Source of the DNA: Atractiella rhizophila | Taxonomy: Eukaryota | DNA length: 62,935 bases | NCBI GenBank assembly: GCA_021432655.1 | Contig: MU271451.1 | Coordinates: 1 to 62,935, forward strand | Reading direction: 5' to 3' | Shown: positions 60,733-62,935 of the stretch, one piece after another | Position numbering within the stretch: position 1 is the first letter of the stretch | How the letters are laid out: the number at the start of each line of letters is the position of its first letter | Program-made: the position numbers and the translations under genes | The notes under the pieces: model-generated | Told to the model about the DNA's origin: nothing | What the model saw: only the letters and a program-made list of their open reading frames with translations | The model's database searches: none

Positions 60733-62274
60733 GCAACTCCTCTACGTGATGTTTCGTGGAGGAGAGAGGTTGACGAATATGTTTCGATATACACTACGTG
60801 ACGACTTCGTCAGTCGATCGTCTGTCGAAATCTCGAAGATTAGAGGGATTAGAAAGTAGAAGGCAAAGTAGATGGGAGTATGATTATAAGAGGGATAAAG
60901 ATTCTTGCTTCAAAAGAGTGTGCAGCTCGAGAGAAGGTCTACAGACGACAGATTTTAAAAAAGTCAATTCGAGCGGAACCGGGAAGAGGAGCTCCCCGCG
61001 TTCTTTAGAAGAGGCAAGGGTTGCCTGCAGCTCGACGGCTGCTCGATCTAAGGTCGATAATGGAGGGAGGTAAAAAGGCTCACTACGGATGACCTGATTC
61101 AACTGCATCCCACGTTATGGAACGTTCACTCCACGACCTCTCTAAGCGACGTAAAGGTGACCTGTTTAAGTGGTGATAGGGTGACTGCTCGTCTCAAGGG
61201 AGCTCGGTTGACGACCGGCCCCCTCTTCCCACGAAATCGTCGACGTCCGACCTTCGACCTCGGCTGAACTCGCCAAGTGGGTAAGCGGAGGGTGGGGGCT
61301 TATGCAACCGTTTATCTTTGAATTTCCCTGAGCTTTCCGTCAAGGGATTGACCAGTGCTCGTCGGGGCCATCAGTTTAATGTCTTTCACGAAAGAACTCG
61401 CTCGCTCTTCAACCCGGAAGGTTGCCCTGACGTGCTCGAGTAACCGTCGATCGGTTTAGAAGCAGGTTGAAAGTTTATGGATTTTAATCCCCAAATAACG
61501 GGACTGCATTTGCTTCCGACTTTTCAGCCCATTTCTAAGAGTCAATCACGGTAGAGCCAGGACGTCCGCTGCCGTGCGAGGGATGCTTAGGTGAGATTAG
61601 GCTACTCTGGGCTGCAGAAGGAGGCAGGGAAGTCGATGGCCAGCGGGAGCGAAGGGCAGAAGAAGATCGGCAAAATTGCAGGTAAAATTGAAAGAGGCCT
61701 TGGTTGTGGTAACTCACACGTGTAATTCATGCCCTGCGAAACGAGTCTCGTCCGAACTCTCCCAGCATTCGTCTAACCACGAATAGCAAGCCATTCAAAT
61801 ATTGAAGTCACGACAGCTCAGGTTCACAGAGCCTTATCATTCAACTGCAGCAGCTCCGTGTTCAGCAGCACAATATCGATCTTCCATCAGCTCCGAAATC
61901 CGCTAGAAACAAGAAGGAATTCGGAGAATCACCTCCGCCTTGAATGCTCGAGGGCAACATCAGGGAAACAGCATCAGTGAGGGTCAGAACAAAGAGAGCG
62001 GGTTAGCTTGAATCGGGGTTCCTTGCATTCTCCTTCAAATTCCAAAGTTCGAACTGGTGAGCAGATCTCTTCCTCCAACCTTCGGGTCTCCTCACAACAA
62101 ACTGTCTTCGCTTTTTCGCTTGCTTTGACCGGCAACTCCATCCCCCGTTCGATGCCATGCCCTCCCCGCGCACGCAGCATTTCTAGCTTGCCATCATTCA
62201 CGTCCAACTTTAATATTCCAACAGTTCGCCGCGGCCGTCAGTCGAACTGAACGAATTCACTCATAAACATCAGC

Positions 62275-62935
62275 ATGGATGCCCGTAAGGCTTTCCAGAC
62301 GCTCACTCAGCTCAGGGCCCTCGTCACGGACGCCGAGTGGAAGCGTTCACAGGATCTCTTCGTCCAAATCAAGCAGAAGGCCCGCCTCCAACCTGTCAAG
62401 GCAGTGAATAGCCCAACTGGCCTCGCCGCCATCAGCCTGTTTCTAACGTAAATCTTTCTGCCCTCTTGACCGTAATTCGGCTAACTAACAAGTGGTAATT
62501 CTTTAATTTTGCTTCATTTTGTTCGGGTGGGTAGCTCGGAGGAGAGAGATGTAGACGTAGACGCTTTCCAAAAACCAAGCGGATTCACGGCTAGAGAGTT
62601 CAAAGCCCATGTCACGGAGATCAAGTTAGCGCTGAGCCTTTCAAGCTTGAATGAGCATGGGGGTGCAAGCGTGAGCGTGGCGGGTACGCCTACGGGGAGG
62701 AAGACGCGTTCGTCCACCTCGGCCGCTTCCACTCCCACCCAGACTCCCACCAAATCTAACCCAAAGTCCAAACCCTCCACTTCCACTTCGGCTTCGGCTT
62801 CCAAGTCTCCCTCCAAGTCCTCTCTCCTCGCACTCGCACAGAATGGCTCGCCCACCCCTACCAAACACGTGCGGACGAGTCCACGCCGTCCCCTTCCCCC
62901 AAGGATCCAGGCTGACCGACCAGCTTCTCCCTCTT
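62275..62935 (+). CDS. Probable origin recognition complex subunit 6, 5' part (runs off the right edge)
   Basis: MDARKAFQTLTQL...SQDLFVQIKQK...TGLAAISLFLT|SEERDVDVDAFQKPSGFTAREFKAHVTEIKLAL resembles the Orc6 N-terminal helical domain. It is followed by a linker rich in S/T-P CDK-type sites (TPTK, SPSK, SPRR). The frame is open to the window end. Confidence 0.5.

Noticed and set aside
62222..62249. Small inverted repeat CAGTTCG...CGAACTG (also gcatcc-ca-ggatgc near 18442)
   Set aside because: Stems of 6-7 bp are expected by chance in 63 kb.
1..62935. tRNA, rRNA, CRISPR arrays, LTRs or terminal inverted repeats
   Set aside because: None recognised by eye. tRNAscan-SE, Infernal and a repeat finder would be needed to exclude them formally.

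Overview
Eukaryotic, intron-rich fungal genomic DNA, most consistent with a basidiomycete (inferred from protein similarity and short GT-AG introns). About 24 genes can be supported. Housekeeping genes are TTI1, SEC17, a G1-type cyclin, GPI1, TVP38, a TMEM41/VTT-like gene, PSF3, GAB1/PIG-U, an MFS transporter, EMC7, ARG2, importin-alpha, a fatty-acid elongase, a UDP-glycosyltransferase, YTH1, SPF30, a bZIP factor and a probable ORC6. Accessory genes are a trypsin-fold serine protease, two related F-box genes, a probably inactive RNase H-like gene and orphans. The most striking feature is 41073-~43540, right after a 304-N gap. It is meaningless in all six normal frames, but its base-by-base complement read left to right (not the reverse complement) encodes the missing 5' two-thirds of importin-alpha with canonical introns. 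The segment was therefore reversed without being complemented, almost certainly an assembly or gap-filling artefact. Other notable items are a perfect in-frame 480-bp tandem duplication of the cyclin box that includes a splice acceptor, and many single-base indels, mostly at homopolymers, that also hit the essential gene PSF3. I found no tRNA, rRNA, CRISPR or intact mobile element, and no convincing new multi-gene system. The best biological leads are the protease, the pseudo-RNase H and the elongase/UGT pair. All protein assignments come from remembered motifs; no database search was run.
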